Assembly: GCA_033442325.1 (NCBI GenBank)
Contig: JAWQFM010000028.1
Span: forward strand, 1-64,000
Length of the DNA: 64,000 nt
Origin: Salpingoeca rosetta
Taxonomy: Eukaryota > Protista > Choanoflagellata
Direction of reading: 5' to 3'
Position numbers and translations under genes: made by a program. Below, in pieces: positions 1 through 14,230 of the stretch (position 1 is its first letter; the number at the start of each line of letters is the position of its first letter). The notes beneath the pieces are model-generated. The model was not told the DNA's origin. It did no database searches and was given only the letters and a program-made list of their open reading frames with translations.

Positions 1-105
1 ACAACACAACATCAGCAGCAGCAGCGGCACAACACACACAGCAACACATCACACAACAGCATCACAAATACTACATCAGCACACAACATCAACAACAACA
101 ACAGC

Positions 106-152
<47 letters not shown>

Positions 153-154
153 AT

Positions 155-221
<67 letters not shown>

Positions 222-325
222 AACGTGCGGCCATGCGGGTGCTATTATGTGAGCTGTAGAAGGTGACGGAACGGCCAGCAGTCATGCCACAAGACAGAAC
301 ACACACACACACACACATAGATACA

Positions 326-369
<44 letters not shown>

Positions 370-2213
370 AAGCCAAAGCCAAAGATAAGCAAGTGCTCAC
401 CTGAACACCTGCGTGGAGCCATCATTCGTGTCATCTGTCGAAGTGCCGCCTTTGCGCTTCTTGCTGTCGGCCTTGGAATCACCTCCACCTTTGTTGTGCT
501 TTGACGTGGGTTTGGACGACGACGACGACGACGCTGCCGCTGCTGCTGCTTTTGACCGTGGCTTCGTGCCTTTGCTGGCACGCCTGCTGCTGCCACCACC
601 GGTGCTGCTGCTGTTCTTGCGTGCACTGCGGGGTGTCGACGATGATGACTGGCGGCGAGTGCGAGGCGCGCGACCATCACTGCCATCATCATCGCCATCG
701 CCACCACTACCACCTTCTCCATCCTCATCATCGTCGTTATCCTCGCCACTGTCGGCATCATCGTTGTCATCGTCGTCTTGCGCGTGTGCACGTGTTCGTG
801 CCGGTGGCAGGCGGAGCCGGAGCGACAGGTTGCCACGTCGACTGGAGCAGCGTGCCAAACACGCAGCGCAGAATAGTGTGCCCAGGAATGGTACATGGGT
901 GCATGTGTAAGCGTGCGTGTTGGGGTTAGGGAAGACAAGCGAAGCAGAGCAGCGAGCATGTCTCAGGGAGGAGAGAACAAAGGCAGGTGCAGGTGATCCG
1001 ACACGCACGCACACACACACACACACACACACGCACACACACACCCTGTTCTGCTTCGCGTTCTTGGCGTGCGAGCCTCGTCGTCCGTCGCGTCGGCATT
1101 GCCGTCTTCGTCGTCGTCGTGCACCTCGTCTTCATCATCTGTACCATCCGGTCTGTACTCATCATCGCTCTCATCCCTATGCAATGAACGCAGTCCAGGC
1201 ACAACAGTGTCAGTGCTGGGTAACACACAACACACAAGCACATGCACAAATCGCACACATCGCACACACACACACACAGACACAAAATACATATCGCAGG
1301 CAGGCACGCACATCCGGCAGTGGCAAGTACTGTATTTGGTTGCACTATGAAGGTGTTGGGCCTACCGAACTCGTGTCTTTCGTCTGGTCGATGGGCGTTT
1401 GTGTTTGGAGAGGGGACTTCGACTACGGCTCCTCGATGCAGCGCCTGCGTTGACGTTGGAGTGCAACGGGTAGTGTGTCGACACGACAGTGTGTGCACGT
1501 GTGCGCGTGTGCACGGGCAAGTGAGAGGGAGCGTGTGAGAGGAAGACTATTTGTGCGCGCATATGAGCGTGATCTCCGCATGTTACTGGTGCCTGCTGAG
1601 TTTTCCTGTTAAAGGCTGGGTGGTGTCGCATACCTTTGTTTCCCTTGCGGGATGGTGTAGACGACACACGGCGCGAGTGTCGACGCAACTGGCGCTGGTA
1701 CCGGCTCGACACTTTGTCGCTAGCGTCCGCTGGTGGTGTTGCCATGGTGCTGGGAGGCATGTCAGGCAAGCGAATGCGCAGCACACTGCCGGAGCCTGAT
1801 GCAAAAGCACACACACACATGAGTGAGAGTGGATATGCATGTGATGTTGGTGGTGGTGAGCTCGAGTTCAGTGCATCGTTGATGATGTGGGAGGGGGTGG
1901 ACACCTGTACCGCTTCACCACGCAAACAACCGCAAACCGCAAACGAGGACGACGACACATACAAATCGCAAGCCTCAGGCAGCTTGACACACATGCCAGT
2001 GATGGTGCCCGTGTCCGCACCCCCTCGCACACCGCACACACACACACACACACCTTCCAGCTTGCTGCCGTTGTTGTGGGGGTTTGTGTGTGTTGCTGTG
2101 GTTGGCTTTTCGCTGCTTGCGCGCCGTGTGTTGTTGCCCATGGCGCGGAGAATATTTGCCATAACACCAATCAATCATCCAAACCTGGCAGATGGTGTGT
2201 GTGTGTGCGTCAA

Positions 2214-2266
<53 letters not shown>

Positions 2267-2292
2267 CCTTCCCCTGATGAGCAGCCACTCAT
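222..2292 (-). CDS. Hypothetical multi-exon protein with acidic and Ser/Arg/Lys low-complexity regions; boundaries uncertain, probably continues off the window start
   Basis: Open, coding-like segments at about 2053-2190, 1905-2010, 1635-1797, 1069-1215 and 401-780 (e.g. DDDDNDDADSGEDNDDDEDG...KKRKGG) are separated by microsatellite introns. A GTGAG donor lies at 400. No family recognised. Confidence 0.45.
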
Positions 2293-3028
2293 GCTGTGTT
2301 GAAGGTTCCTCGTTTACTCTAGCAGTGTTTGATGTCACGCACACACGCACACACACACATCAATGCACCACACACTCACCCAACAGCAATGCGACAACAT
2401 GGAAAAGAACAAAACAGCAGCAAGGGCGTAAGTAGACCAGTACACACAACAACCTTCCAAACAAAGCAATCGCAAGGAACTGCGAGGCGAACACCACAGG
2501 AAGGAGAACGGAGAATGGGGGAGGAAGCAAGTACATACACACACGCGCGTGCATAGGAACGAGACATAGAACCAACAGCACGCGGCACAAATCCGATGAG
2601 ACGACAGGACATCAACAAGCCATATCCCCGATGGTATCAAACAACAACAACAACAACAACGGCAACAACAGCGACGACAGTACGTGCACGTGCACTGTTC
2701 GCAACCGCTGTCTTCCCTCCTAAGTCACGCGACCAGCGTCGCTTCATAACAGCAGCCGGAAGCAAGACAAGACAAGACAAGACAAGACTGAGACAAGACA
2801 AGACTGAGACAAGACAAGATAAGAAAAGACAAAAGGAAAATAGCACCCACGACATTTAAAAAGCAAAAGGCGATGATGACTGCAAACTGTGGCTGCTGAA
2901 ACGGTTGTAGTTGTTTTGACCTGATGTGAAGTCATTGTCGTTCAAGTTGCAAGTTGGTGTCGTTGGCGTTGTTGTTGGTGGCTGTTGTTGCATATGGGTG
3001 TGAACGTGTGTGTGAACGTGTGTGTGAA

Positions 3029-3093
<65 letters not shown>

Positions 3094-3127
3094 ATGTGGA
3101 TGTGTGTGTGTGTAGGTGTGGATGTGT

Positions 3128-4692
3128 TCAGCAGCAGCCGCCGCTCTTTGCCTCTGCTGCCTCTGCTCGTCGCAGGTTGACGCCGTCACCCCGCCGCGTG
3201 TCCTGGTTCTTCGGCAGATGCTTCGCTGCACACGCGCCAATCATGCCCCACATTGTATCGGGTGAGCACATGCCCATGCATGTACACGGTCAGGTTGAAC
3301 GAGACGGGAAGAGCTGGGGAGTTGAACACGTTTGAAGTAACACACAGGCAAAGGCATAGACACACACACACTCACACACCACGGAAAAGCAGGCGTACCG
3401 ATTGCGGCGAAGATCTCGACAACGTTGAATGCGGTCTTTGCAGACGTCTCCATAAACAGCAGCTTCTCCTCCTGCGCATACGCCTCAACCTCCTGTGTAC
3501 ACGCACACACATGCACGCACACATGCACGTGTGAGGCACGAGTAGGACATGCATGCATGCATGCAGGCGGGCAAAGCACACAAATGTGCGTGTGCACAGA
3601 CATCAAGGAAAACACACACAACAGGGTACATAAACACACGCACACACAAGGGTACATAAACACACACATGCGCACACACAAAGGTACATAAACACACACA
3701 CACACACATACATCCAGATAGACAGGGCACCTCGGTCTGGACTTCGCGGCGAGCGGCAAGATCGGCCTTGTTGCCGGCGAGAGCAATGACGGCAACGTTC
3801 TCGGCCTGCTTCTGCAGCTCCTTCACCCAGCTCTTCGCCCGCAGGAACGACGCGTGGCTCGTAATGTCATACACCACAATCGCAGCCTGTGCCGCAAGCA
3901 ACCCAATATGAGGTGGGGGGGGGCGGAGAGGTGTCAATTGGGGTTCAGCATCGCAGCGCATGCTTGCATGTGTGTGCGTGGAGTGGAGTAGGGCGAGGGA
4001 GGTGTTGCAGGCAGCAATACGGCAACACAAACAGGGTCACAGACAAAGACACACACACACACATACATACACGCACACACACACACATGTACGCACAGAT
4101 GATGACGCACCTGTGCACCGCGGTAGTACATTGGGGCGAGGCTGTGGTACCGCTCCTGGCCGGCTGTGTCCCAAATCTCAAACTTGACCTTGGTGCCATC
4201 GTCCAGGCACACCGTCTGTGTCAAAAAGGCAGCTGCAGAAGCAAGGCACACCATATCACGTCGACAGAACGAGTTCCAAGACGGGGTGTGAGGGCAAGGC
4301 GGTCGCCAGGTACAAAACTGGTACATATCGGCACCACAGAATAATCACATACACACACGCAGACACACACAGACACACACACATGCATACCTCCGATGGT
4401 GCTTTCTTGATACTCCTGAAATTGGCCCTTGACAAAGCGCAGGACAAGGCTGGACTTGCCCACGGCCGTCTCGCCTGCAGCCACATTCGAATGAGCCCAT
4501 GCTTAAATGAGAAAGGGTCACAGCCTGCTTGCTTTGCATGACACGATGTTCATTCCCTCTCTCTTGCCGTCGTGTTCTACGTGTCATGCGCCCCGACCAA
4601 ACACAGACAGACAGACAGACAGACAGACACACACACACACCGAGGAGGACGAGCTTGAACTGGTTCATTTGTTGGCCACCGCGTCCTGCCAT
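3128..4692 (-). CDS. RAB5: Rab5 small GTPase (6 coding exons)
   Basis: Spliced product: [36 protein letters not shown]...[12 protein letters not shown]...[33 protein letters not shown]...ALAGNKADL...FMETSAKTA...KSGGCC*. All G boxes, the Rab5 effector motif IGAAFL and a C-terminal CC prenylation site are present. ATG 4692, TGA 3128-3130. Confidence 0.96.
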
Positions 4693-5907
4693 GATGGTGT
4701 TGTGTGTCGCCGCTCAGCTGGGGTTGGGTTGTGTGCTTGTATTTGTGTCTGTGGGATGGTCGAGAGAGCAGCGAGAAGGTGTGAGTGCGTGCATATGTCA
4801 CACGAGGGTCGGGAGGGTTGACGATGATGATGATGGATGACAGAGGGTGGTTCGTGATTCAGGCGCAAGCGTCATTCAGGTACATGCGTGACTGTCCCCT
4901 CCTCCTCCCACCTCCGTCACACACACACACAGACACACACACAGACACACACAACCTCCAGCCATGCCAGCAAGCCGAGTGTGCGCGACCACCGCCTCAT
5001 TTGCGCACAAGCAGCAGCAGCAGCATGACTCACCCTTCGGGCTGTGTGCTTGTCGCAATAACGAGGGTAAATGTCAAGGGGGAGTCCTAATCACAAATAT
5101 AACGCTGCGCGGCGCTGTTGGCGTCTCTCAGCTTGCGTGGGCTGGGATGGGCTGTTCGTGTCCAAAGTAGGCAAGGCAAGACCAGCACAGAGCGCCAGAA
5201 ACGGGGGAGAGAGGAACGTGTGTGACTGCGGGTTTCTTGTTGTTGTTGTTGTTGTGTGTCCTACAAACGCAGAGGAGTGCGAGAAATGTGGCAAGCAATC
5301 GAGCGAGCGAGGGGAGTGTTGGTGACGGTGCTTGGTTGGCTGTCTGTTCGTTGTTCTCCTTCTTCGTGGTGTGTGTATGTGTGCCGTGTCAGGTATGTTG
5401 CTTGTGTGTGTGTGTGTGTGTGCGTGTGTGTGTGGCCTTTTGGGACCAAGCCAGCAAGCCGTGCCTTGCTTTGCGCCTTTGCGCTGCTTGCTCTCGTTGC
5501 TTGCCTTGGCTGTTGCTTTGCGGCGTTGGTTGGTTGGTGTGGATGATGATGATCTGGTGACGGCGCTGTTGTCTCCTCCACACACAGACACACAAACAAA
5601 CGAAAAAAAAAAACTATTTTGTGGCTGGCCCAGAAGAATTTCTTTATTTTTGGGGCGCAACGAGAGCAAGTCAGCGATTTCGCTTGGTGCTTCGGGGGAG
5701 CGCCAGCGTATCGCTGGACGCCGATTTTCTCGCCTCCGCCCATTATGATGACTCATCAGCACACACACACACCCGCCGCCAAGTTCAAACGAGTGTGTTC
5801 GCGCGACAAACACACATTCACACATACTCACATACGTACACACACAGTTACACACACACGTACACACAGACACACACACACACGTTCACACAGACGTTCT
5901 CACTCAC

Positions 5908-7472
5908 TCACTCGCTTGCGGGGAGGTAGAAGGTGAGACGAGAGGGAAGCAGGGTAATCTGCGCGGGCCGCGAGTAGTACGGGCTGTTGTCCAGGCTCAC
6001 AAGCACGTCATGTGTGCGCTCATTCGCCTCCTCCGGCTCCGCTGCTTCCTCTGCAGCATCTGACGTGGGCTGCTCTCCACTTTGCGCTCCATTCTGCTCT
6101 GCATCACCGCTGCTGGTGGCCTCTGCTGCACTGCTGGCCTCTGGAGCCGCGGCCGCTTGCTCTTTCGTTGTGGTGGTGGTGGTGGTGGTGGTGGTGGTGG
6201 TGCTGATGCTGCTGGTGCTTGCGTTGGATGCGACAGGTGTGGATGGGATCGGTACAGGCTCCTCCATGCCTGCAGGCATCTCAATGTCAACCTTGACAGC
6301 ACGCACGCTCACCGACGAAACACCCTCCAAGTCCACATACGACTCGCCCTGTTTGTGTGTTTTGTGAGTGAGTGAGTGAGCGAGTGAGTGAGTGAGTGAG
6401 TGAGTGTGTGTGTGAGTGTGTGTGTGTGAGTGTGAGTGAGTGAGTGTGTGAGTGTGTGTGTGTGTGTGTGAGTGAGGGAGTGTGTGAGTGTGTGTGAGTG
6501 TGAGTGAGGGAGTGTGTGAGTGTGTGTGAGTGTGAGTGAGGGAGTGTGTCTGTGTGTGTGTGTGTGAGTGTGTGAGTGGGTGCGTGTGTGTGAGTGAGTG
6601 TGTGAGTGAGCACACTTGGGTGACTGCATGCTAGGGGCTGGACGTTGGAGTCGTGTGTGCTGTGTACATATGGTTGTGCAGAGCGCTCTGAGATGGCGTC
6701 ACTCACGCCACGAATCTTGCGGAGGATGGTGAAGGTTGACGGGTGTGGGCGGTCCTGCAGCGTGTACGCCAGCGTCATGGCCCGGTCATTGCGGTTCCGA
6801 TCTGAACGGCAACACAACCACAGACAGCCGTGAGGTGGGCAGGGAAGCAGGGGCGGTACAAAGATACAAGCAGCGCACACGATAAGCATGACGGCACACT
6901 CGCATGCAACCACGACACACCAGCGCTCATGCAGTTACAAGGGGCAAACGCACACACACACACGCACACACACGCACACACACACACACACACAAGCACA
7001 CACGCACGCACGCACACAACGGTGAATGGTCGCTCACTTGCGTCGATGCATCTGTTTGCAAAGCACCAGTTTGCCTGGTTGGCAACGATGAGGGATGTCA
7101 CAGGCACGCTGCCGACATCAACCCACGTGTTCGAGTCGGAAAACGCTGGCCTGTGTGTGTGTGTGTGTGCGTGCGTGTGTGTGTGTGTGTGAGTTTGTGT
7201 GTGTGAAGGCGGGCGATGAGCCGATAGGGTGCAAGGAGATGCAATACGACGCAACGGATGTGAGAGTATGTCAGTCAGTGCGCTGGTAACGTACTGGTAG
7301 GAGAGACGGCACGTGCACGCGTCCAGTTTGCTGCCTTGCTGCAAATGGGGTCACCAACAAAAATTCACATGGGTGGTTGAGACCACAGGACATATTGTAA
7401 GGCAACAAGGACCCTGATGCAACAAGAAGAACACACACACACACACTCACACGCACACTCACACGCACACTC

Positions 7473-7554
<82 letters not shown>

Positions 7555-7791
7555 ATCCCCAGCAATACCCGTCTCTTTTCTCCGTCCCCCACCCCCTCCG
7601 CCGGAAACAACCGCCAATACCATTGTCTGGCACCACAGAGCAGGCTACCACGTACGGTGATCGCCCTGAGCATGGCCGCAACGTCGTATCTGCTGTTGCC
7701 CGGCCACCGCCGCGTCTGCCCGCCCTCTGCAGCCATCCCAAACATGCCCCATCCCCAGTGGCCCTGTTGCACGTGTGCACGCGCCAACAGC

Positions 7792-7849
<58 letters not shown>
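5908..7849 (-). CDS. 3' part of a probable acylglycerol kinase/DAGK-family protein; 5' end lost in the gap
   Basis: The last exon ends VLVSLDNSPYYSRPAQITLLPSRLTFYLPASE*, resembling the recalled AGK/DAGK C-terminal pattern (IDxExY..P..v.LLP..L.F). Upstream exons lie at about 6615-6802, 7015-7150 and 7270-7340, with a probable further exon near 7600-7700. The catalytic GGDG motif is not seen. Confidence 0.45.
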
Positions 7850-7949
7850 NNNNNNNNNNNNNNNNNNNNNNNNNNNNNNNNNNNNNNNNNNNNNNNNNNN
7901 NNNNNNNNNNNNNNNNNNNNNNNNNNNNNNNNNNNNNNNNNNNNNNNNN
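7850..7949. other. Assembly gap (100 N); further gaps at 14379-14478, 17760-17859, 23442-23541 and 62663-62762
   Basis: Uniform 100-N runs, usually next to microsatellites. True sizes are unknown; the first two hide the 5' ends of divergent gene pairs. Confidence 0.99.
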
Positions 7950-8539
7950 CGATGATGATGATGATGGCGATGATGGCGACGATGACGACGATGATGATGG
8001 CCGTGAGGTGGGAGATGGGCCAGCGACCAGCGGGGCACGGAACAAGGATGCCATGTCTGATTCCAGTGATGACAATGATGATGATGATGATCATGTCGGT
8101 GTGTACGATGTCCTCGGTCTTGCTGCCGACAGTGACGACGATGCCGGTACGAGATTGTCTGTGTGTGTGTGTGTGTGTGTGCTCTGTGTGCGTGCGTGTG
8201 CGTGCGTGTGTGTGCTCTGTGTGTGCTCTGTGTGCTCTGTGTGCGTGCGTGTGCGTGCGTGTGTGTGCTCTGTGTGTGCTCTGTGTGCGTGCGTGTGTGT
8301 GCTCTGTGTGTGTGCTCTGTGTGCGTGCGTGCATGTGCACGCGTGTCTGTACCTTCATGTGCATGGTTGTGCGCGCTCGTCCACCACCAGTTTGTGCGTG
8401 ACCTGCGGCGCGGGTCCCTCAGGACGCCGCTGACAGAGCAGTGCCGGCGGGCGACTCGGGCGGAGCGCGATGGATTGGGCGAGGACTTTTCCCGCGGGCC
8501 AGCACGCGATGTGGTATGCACACAGACTCACGCGCGCAC

Positions 8540-8620
<81 letters not shown>

Positions 8621-9469
8621 TGCACACGCACACACGCACATGCACACGCACATGCACGCACGCGCGCAGACAGGACGAGTTGGTGTTGGTGTTGGAAAGC
8701 GGAGATGAGGGTAGTGTTCAGGGTGTGTCACGTGCGGGAACCCACACGAATGCATTCGCTGATAGTATGGGTTCCCTGTACAGTTTGCGCCCAACGCATG
8801 CCTCGCAAATCAACTCAACACTCGCAATCATCATCACCGCCATCGTCACCACCATTATCGATAACAGGACATTGATCAGTATGTTAAGGTGTCACCGATT
8901 GAAGAACCGCAGCTGTTCTTTGCACTCCTGATGGAGTCCATCTACTACCTCATCATGCACGTCGAAAACTGCAGCAGAGACGAGGTATGTGTGTGTCATC
9001 GTGTCGTTTGCATGTGTGTGTTCGTGTGTGTGTCTGCGTGTGTCTGTGTGTGCTTGTTTGTGTGTGTGTCTGTGTGTGTGTGTCTGTGTTTCCGTGTTTG
9101 TGTATTTGTATGTGTGTGTGTCTGTGTTTCCGTGTTTGTGTATTTGTATGTTTGTGTGTGCGTATGTGTGTCTGTGGTATCTGCATCATGGTCCACCTTT
9201 TGCCAACAAAGCTCACACGTTCACATACACTCGCACGCATTCACCTACACACCATCATCACCATAAATCACCACCACCACGCAACCCCCTTCCATTCCAT
9301 CAAGGCGGTTGCGATTTCGCGGGAGAACTACCGTACGCAGGAGGAGGATATGGGCATGGAGCAGATGGCGCGGCAGTCTGTGCGGGAGCGCCAGCGGGAA
9401 CAGCGACGGCGGTACAGGGAGGACGAAGAGAAGGACGAGTACACGGATGACGATGGCGAGTGGGCGTAG
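7950..9469 (+). CDS. 3' part of an acidic hypothetical protein; 5' end lost in the gap
   Basis: Exons at about 7950-8146 (Asp-rich), 8391-8513, 8674-8710, 8868-8984 and 9305-9469 (AVAISRENYRTQEED...DDDGEWA*) have GT/AG boundaries. No family recognised. Confidence 0.6.
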
Positions 9470-9769
9470 CACATGCGCCGCACAATAAGTCGACACGACG
9501 AATGAAGAGGTGGAAGTGTGTTGTTCGCAGGAGTAGCATGGGTGGTGCTATGGTGATAATGTCGTGGTACTGTTTCCGTCTTGGCCTTGTGAATTGATTT
9601 GGACCCATAACGGAATAGAAGCTGCTTCCTTGCTTGCTGTTTTGTCTGTCACAGTTGTTGTCGATTGCACGTTGCCTGACTTGATAGGCGGTGTTCTGCA
9701 ACGAACTGGCATTCCTGTTGTGGTGATTATGAGACTTTGGGTTGCAATGTCAGCTGCGTCTATTCTTGC

Positions 9770-9825
<56 letters not shown>

Positions 9826-10396
9826 ACGCCTGTCTGTTCGTGTGCATTGCCCTTTCCTCTCCCTTTCCCTTCCGTGCGTGCGCTGTCGCTTATGATAACA
9901 ACAAAATAACATGCGTACACATGCGTTTTCATTTGCGCAAACAGTCGGCAAGCACACCAGGCAAAGCAAAATGAGCAACACGAGACGAGACGAGACGAGA
10001 CGAGACGAGACAAGCAAGCAAGCAGTCCACAAGCACAAGCACTCAAGCACCACGAAACAAACACTCGAACACACACGCACACATACACACACACAAAAAA
10101 AAAAAAGGTGCAGGTAGACAGGCAGGCAGGCACGCGCGCGGGTAAGAAACACAAGCACGACCGCCACAACAAACGGGATGATAACCGATCCACCCAGCAG
10201 TAGGAAGGAGACAAGGAGGAGAACAAGGACAGGGGTGGTGTGTTGGGTGTGATGTGAAACAATGACGAAGAAAGAGGAGGGGGCGGGTGCCATACAACCA
10301 CTCCACACTCAACCACCACCACAACGACAAAGCACGCCACACCGCCACACATGGAGACAGCTTGGCTACAACACAGCACGACAGCACGTTGGATCA

Positions 10397-11507
10397 TCAC
10401 GAGAGGTCAGCCTGGGGCTTGATGGTGTCAAAGTCCTTGAACGCGCTGCTGGATGTTGCGTCGAGCTCGCCGGGCTTGGGCGGCGTCAGGCGCGGCGCCT
10501 CCGAGGTAAAGTGGTCGTCAAAGTTGGACACGTCCGTGGCAGACTTGACCTGGGGAACACAAGACAAGACAAAAGAGGGGAGATGAAGAGGGAGGAGGAT
10601 GGGGGGGGGTTAGCAGTTGAGAGTGGACATTGGTTGTTCGTTTGGGGGGTGGGGACATGTGATGGCGTGTTGGGGGTGAGGAAAAAGAAGATCAAACCAA
10701 ACTGAATAGGGAGAGAACAGCACAGAGAACACAGGAGGACACAAGAGAAACTGACACACGACCACTGCCACCAACACAAATACAACTACAGCTACTACTG
10801 CTGTATCGACTGCCACGACTGCCACGACTGCTAATGTCACTACTGCTGGTGAACCATCTAACCTGTGGTACAAACGGGGCTGGGATTTCACGGCGGTAGA
10901 GCTTGTCAAAGTCGACGGATGCAAACCAGGGGTGCTCCTGGATCTCGTGGCCGTCGCGCGCGCCGCCGCCAATGCGCTGGGCAGGGTCCTTATGCAGCAG
11001 CTTGCCAATCAGATCCTGTCTCGCACACGCACACGACGACGACACACACGCAACGACCACACGCACAACCAAACACAAAAGCGGTACAGCAGACAAACAA
11101 ACACAAGCACGCATGTGCAGTGGTGGTCGTGGTGATTGACCCGTGCGTGAGTGAAGGGACAAGGGAAAAATACGTCGGGACAGTGGCATGTAATGAAAAG
11201 AGAGAGGGCATCGCATCAACAAGAGAATGTGCATGGTAGTGGCGAGCGTACAAGCCCTTCGCAACCAACGACCAAAAAATGCCTGCAAGCAACGGGGGTG
11301 CAAGTGCGGACCTGGGCGACGTCGCCAATGATGGGCGGGAAGACGACCTCCTGTGTGATGATGAGCTCAAAGAGCTCCTCGTAGTCGTGCGAGTTGAACG
11401 GAAGCTTTCCGCTCAGCATCTCAAACATCACAATCCCAAGGCCCCACCTGTTCACAAGGCAGACACAACGTTGCAGGCATTGTGTGAGTGTGAGAGAGTG
11501 TGTGCGT

Positions 11508-11570
<63 letters not shown>

Positions 11571-11916
11571 TGCGTGTAGTGTGTTGAGGCGGTTATAGGC
11601 TGACGTCGTGCATGTGATATCGCACGTCAGGTAGAGCGAAACCTTACTTGGAAACGGATGGGGGAGAGAAGACTTATCATTGTTGACACCTTTCGTTGCA
11701 TAAATACTCCGATCTGGCGTGCGCGAAGTGGGGGGCGTATAGTAATGGAACGGTTAATGTCACTTTCCTCCTAATATCGTGTCAGAAGATGTGAGTGCGT
11801 GAGTGTGAGTGTGAGAGAGAGTGGGGGTGAATGTGTGTGTGTGTGTGTGTGTGTGAAGAAGCGTGAATGAGTGAGTGCGAGTGCGAATGTGTATGGGTGG
11901 GTGCGTAAATGAGAAT

Positions 11917-12009
<93 letters not shown>

Positions 12010-12072
12010 CTCACTGACCAGTCGACAGGAAGGCCGTAGTCTGAGTCGAGAATCACTTCAGGCGCCTATGCA

Positions 12073-12137
<65 letters not shown>

Positions 12138-14230
12138 TGAAGAGGAAGAGTGAGTATCAAAAGCCGTCATTGCACACACGGAAATGAGTACCACTCTCCA
12201 TGCACCACAAATCCCCCCCCAAAGCCCTCTACTCCAGCCCTGCTCCCAACGCCATCAACACCACCACCGTCACGAGCAGGTGGCCAACGCACGAGGTATT
12301 CTGGGGTGCCGCAGAAGGTGCGCGTCGTGGAGCCGTACGTGATCTCCTCCTTACACAGACCAAAGTCCGTAATCTGAAGGGCGTAACCATGGCGTGGCAT
12401 CAAGCGTGTAATGGGTGAGTGAGAAGGTGAGCGCCTAAAAGGAAGTGTTCTGAGATGAGACAAATGGAAGCACCGCCTGTCGTTGTCAAAGGAGACACAC
12501 AGCACTCAAATTAAGGTTGCATAAAATTGCCCTGCGAGCGCCAATAACTTTCCCCGTCCACGGCACCACAACACCAACTGCCACGCCACCACGCCAACCG
12601 CATCGCACGTGCTGGTGTACCTTGATGTGTCCCTCGGCGTCGAGCAGCAGGTTCTCGAGCTTGAGGTCGCGGTAGATGATGCCTTGGTCGTGCAGGTATG
12701 TCAGCGCAAGCAGAATCTCCGCAATGTAGATGCGCGTGCGGTCCTCGCTGAACTTCTTCTCCTTGCGCAGGTGGAAGAACAGCTACAAGAGGGGAGGGTG
12801 GGTGCAGTGGTGGTGAGCTCACGAAGGGGAAGAGCAGGCAGGGACAACAACAGTATGGAAGTTGAAGCCCATGCATACACACGCACGTGTACACGCACAC
12901 ACATGGACACACGCACACGACACACACACGACACACGCACACGACACACACACACGCGCGCGCGCGCACACACACACACACACACGACACACACACGCCA
13001 TCACGGCAGCACGCCACATGACCGTCGAGCGTGTGAGCACGTGTGCACCTCGCCGCCGTTGACGTATTCCATGACGAAGCAGAGGAGGTCTGGTGTCTGG
13101 AACGAGTAGTGCAGCGACGTCAGGAACGGATGCGAGCACTTGGCCAGCACGGAGTTCTCCGTAAACGTGTGCGCCAGCTCGTTCTTCTCCAGAATCTGCC
13201 ACACAAAACAGGGACATGTGCGCGTGAGGTGTGATTGACGGCATGTGTGTGCGCGCGCGCGCGTGTGTGTGTGTGTGTTAGGACAAAACAAGCAGAACAT
13301 GCATATAAACCACCAAGAGCGACGCATGACGGTCACGTGGAAACAATAGTCACAGCAGGAGCAGCAAAGGTTTGTCTGTTACACATGTGTGCGCGTGTGT
13401 GCGTGTGCGTCTCAACAAACGCACCATGCTCTTCTTGAGAACTTTGATCGCGTAAACGGCACCCGATGACTTGAGCTTGGCAAGCATCACCTTGCCAAAG
13501 CTGCCCTTGCCAAGCACCTACACACGCGCCGTGCGTGCGTGTGTGTGTATGGGGTGTAAGTGGGTGTGTATGAGTGTAAGTGGGTGCGTTTGTGAGGTAA
13601 GAGAACGTGTGTATGTGTATGTGTGTGTCTGCCTGTGTGTGTGTGTGACACAGGCTGACTGAACAGGTAATCACATGTGGCGCTGCTACCATGATCCAAT
13701 GACCCCCCTCTCCTACACACACACACACACACACATACATACACACGCTGGGGCGAACCTTGAGCATTTCGAAGCTGTCCATGGAGATGTCTGCGGGCTC
13801 TGGGCGGCCGCCAATGAAGGACATGGCGCGGGTGTCGTGTGATGACCGCGAGCCGCGCGAGTCACCGGCTCCCTCGAGCTGTCCGTCATGGAAAGAGGAG
13901 TGGTGGTGGTGGTGGTGGTGGTGGTGGTGGTGGTGGTGGTGGTGGTGGTGGTGGAACAAGGCGAGGACGATGGTAGAAGCGTGTCAGTTGGATGGGATAG
14001 AATAAACTGGGGAGGGTGATGGTACGGAGCACAAGCAAGCGCTCACGTATGCCAGGTGGCAAGCAAACCAGCCTGTTTCCGCATCGAACAAAGACATACA
14101 CACACACATACGAGAGAGAGCAATGCGGTGGAGTACATACGGAGTGCTTGAGTCCCGTGATGGCGTCAACCCACTCCTGGCGCTCCATGGCAGACTCTGT
14201 ATGGAAGGAACGCTCAATCACGCGCGTCAT
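10397..14230 (-). CDS. AKT: Akt/PKB-like AGC kinase (end of PH domain, kinase domain, AGC tail); N-terminus in or beyond the gap at 14379
   Basis: Exons give [21 protein letters not shown] (Akt PH end), [74 protein letters not shown], then [28 protein letters not shown] at 10397-10399. Confidence 0.92.

Noticed and set aside
2873-2925. ATGATGA...CTGA...CTGA resembling a C/D snoRNA
   Set aside because: It is very short, with no terminal stem and no rRNA guide I could recognise. TGATGA is very common in this sequence.
5700-5760. CTGATGAG...GAAA...GTC on the minus strand, suggesting a hammerhead ribozyme
   Set aside because: The stem II closing G-C pair and stem III pairing are absent.
11580-11790. 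Unusual high-complexity stretch in an Akt intron with a CTGACGT/ACGTCAG stem
   Set aside because: It sits between long microsatellites where reads degrade, so it is probably low-quality consensus. No ORF or RNA family was recognised.
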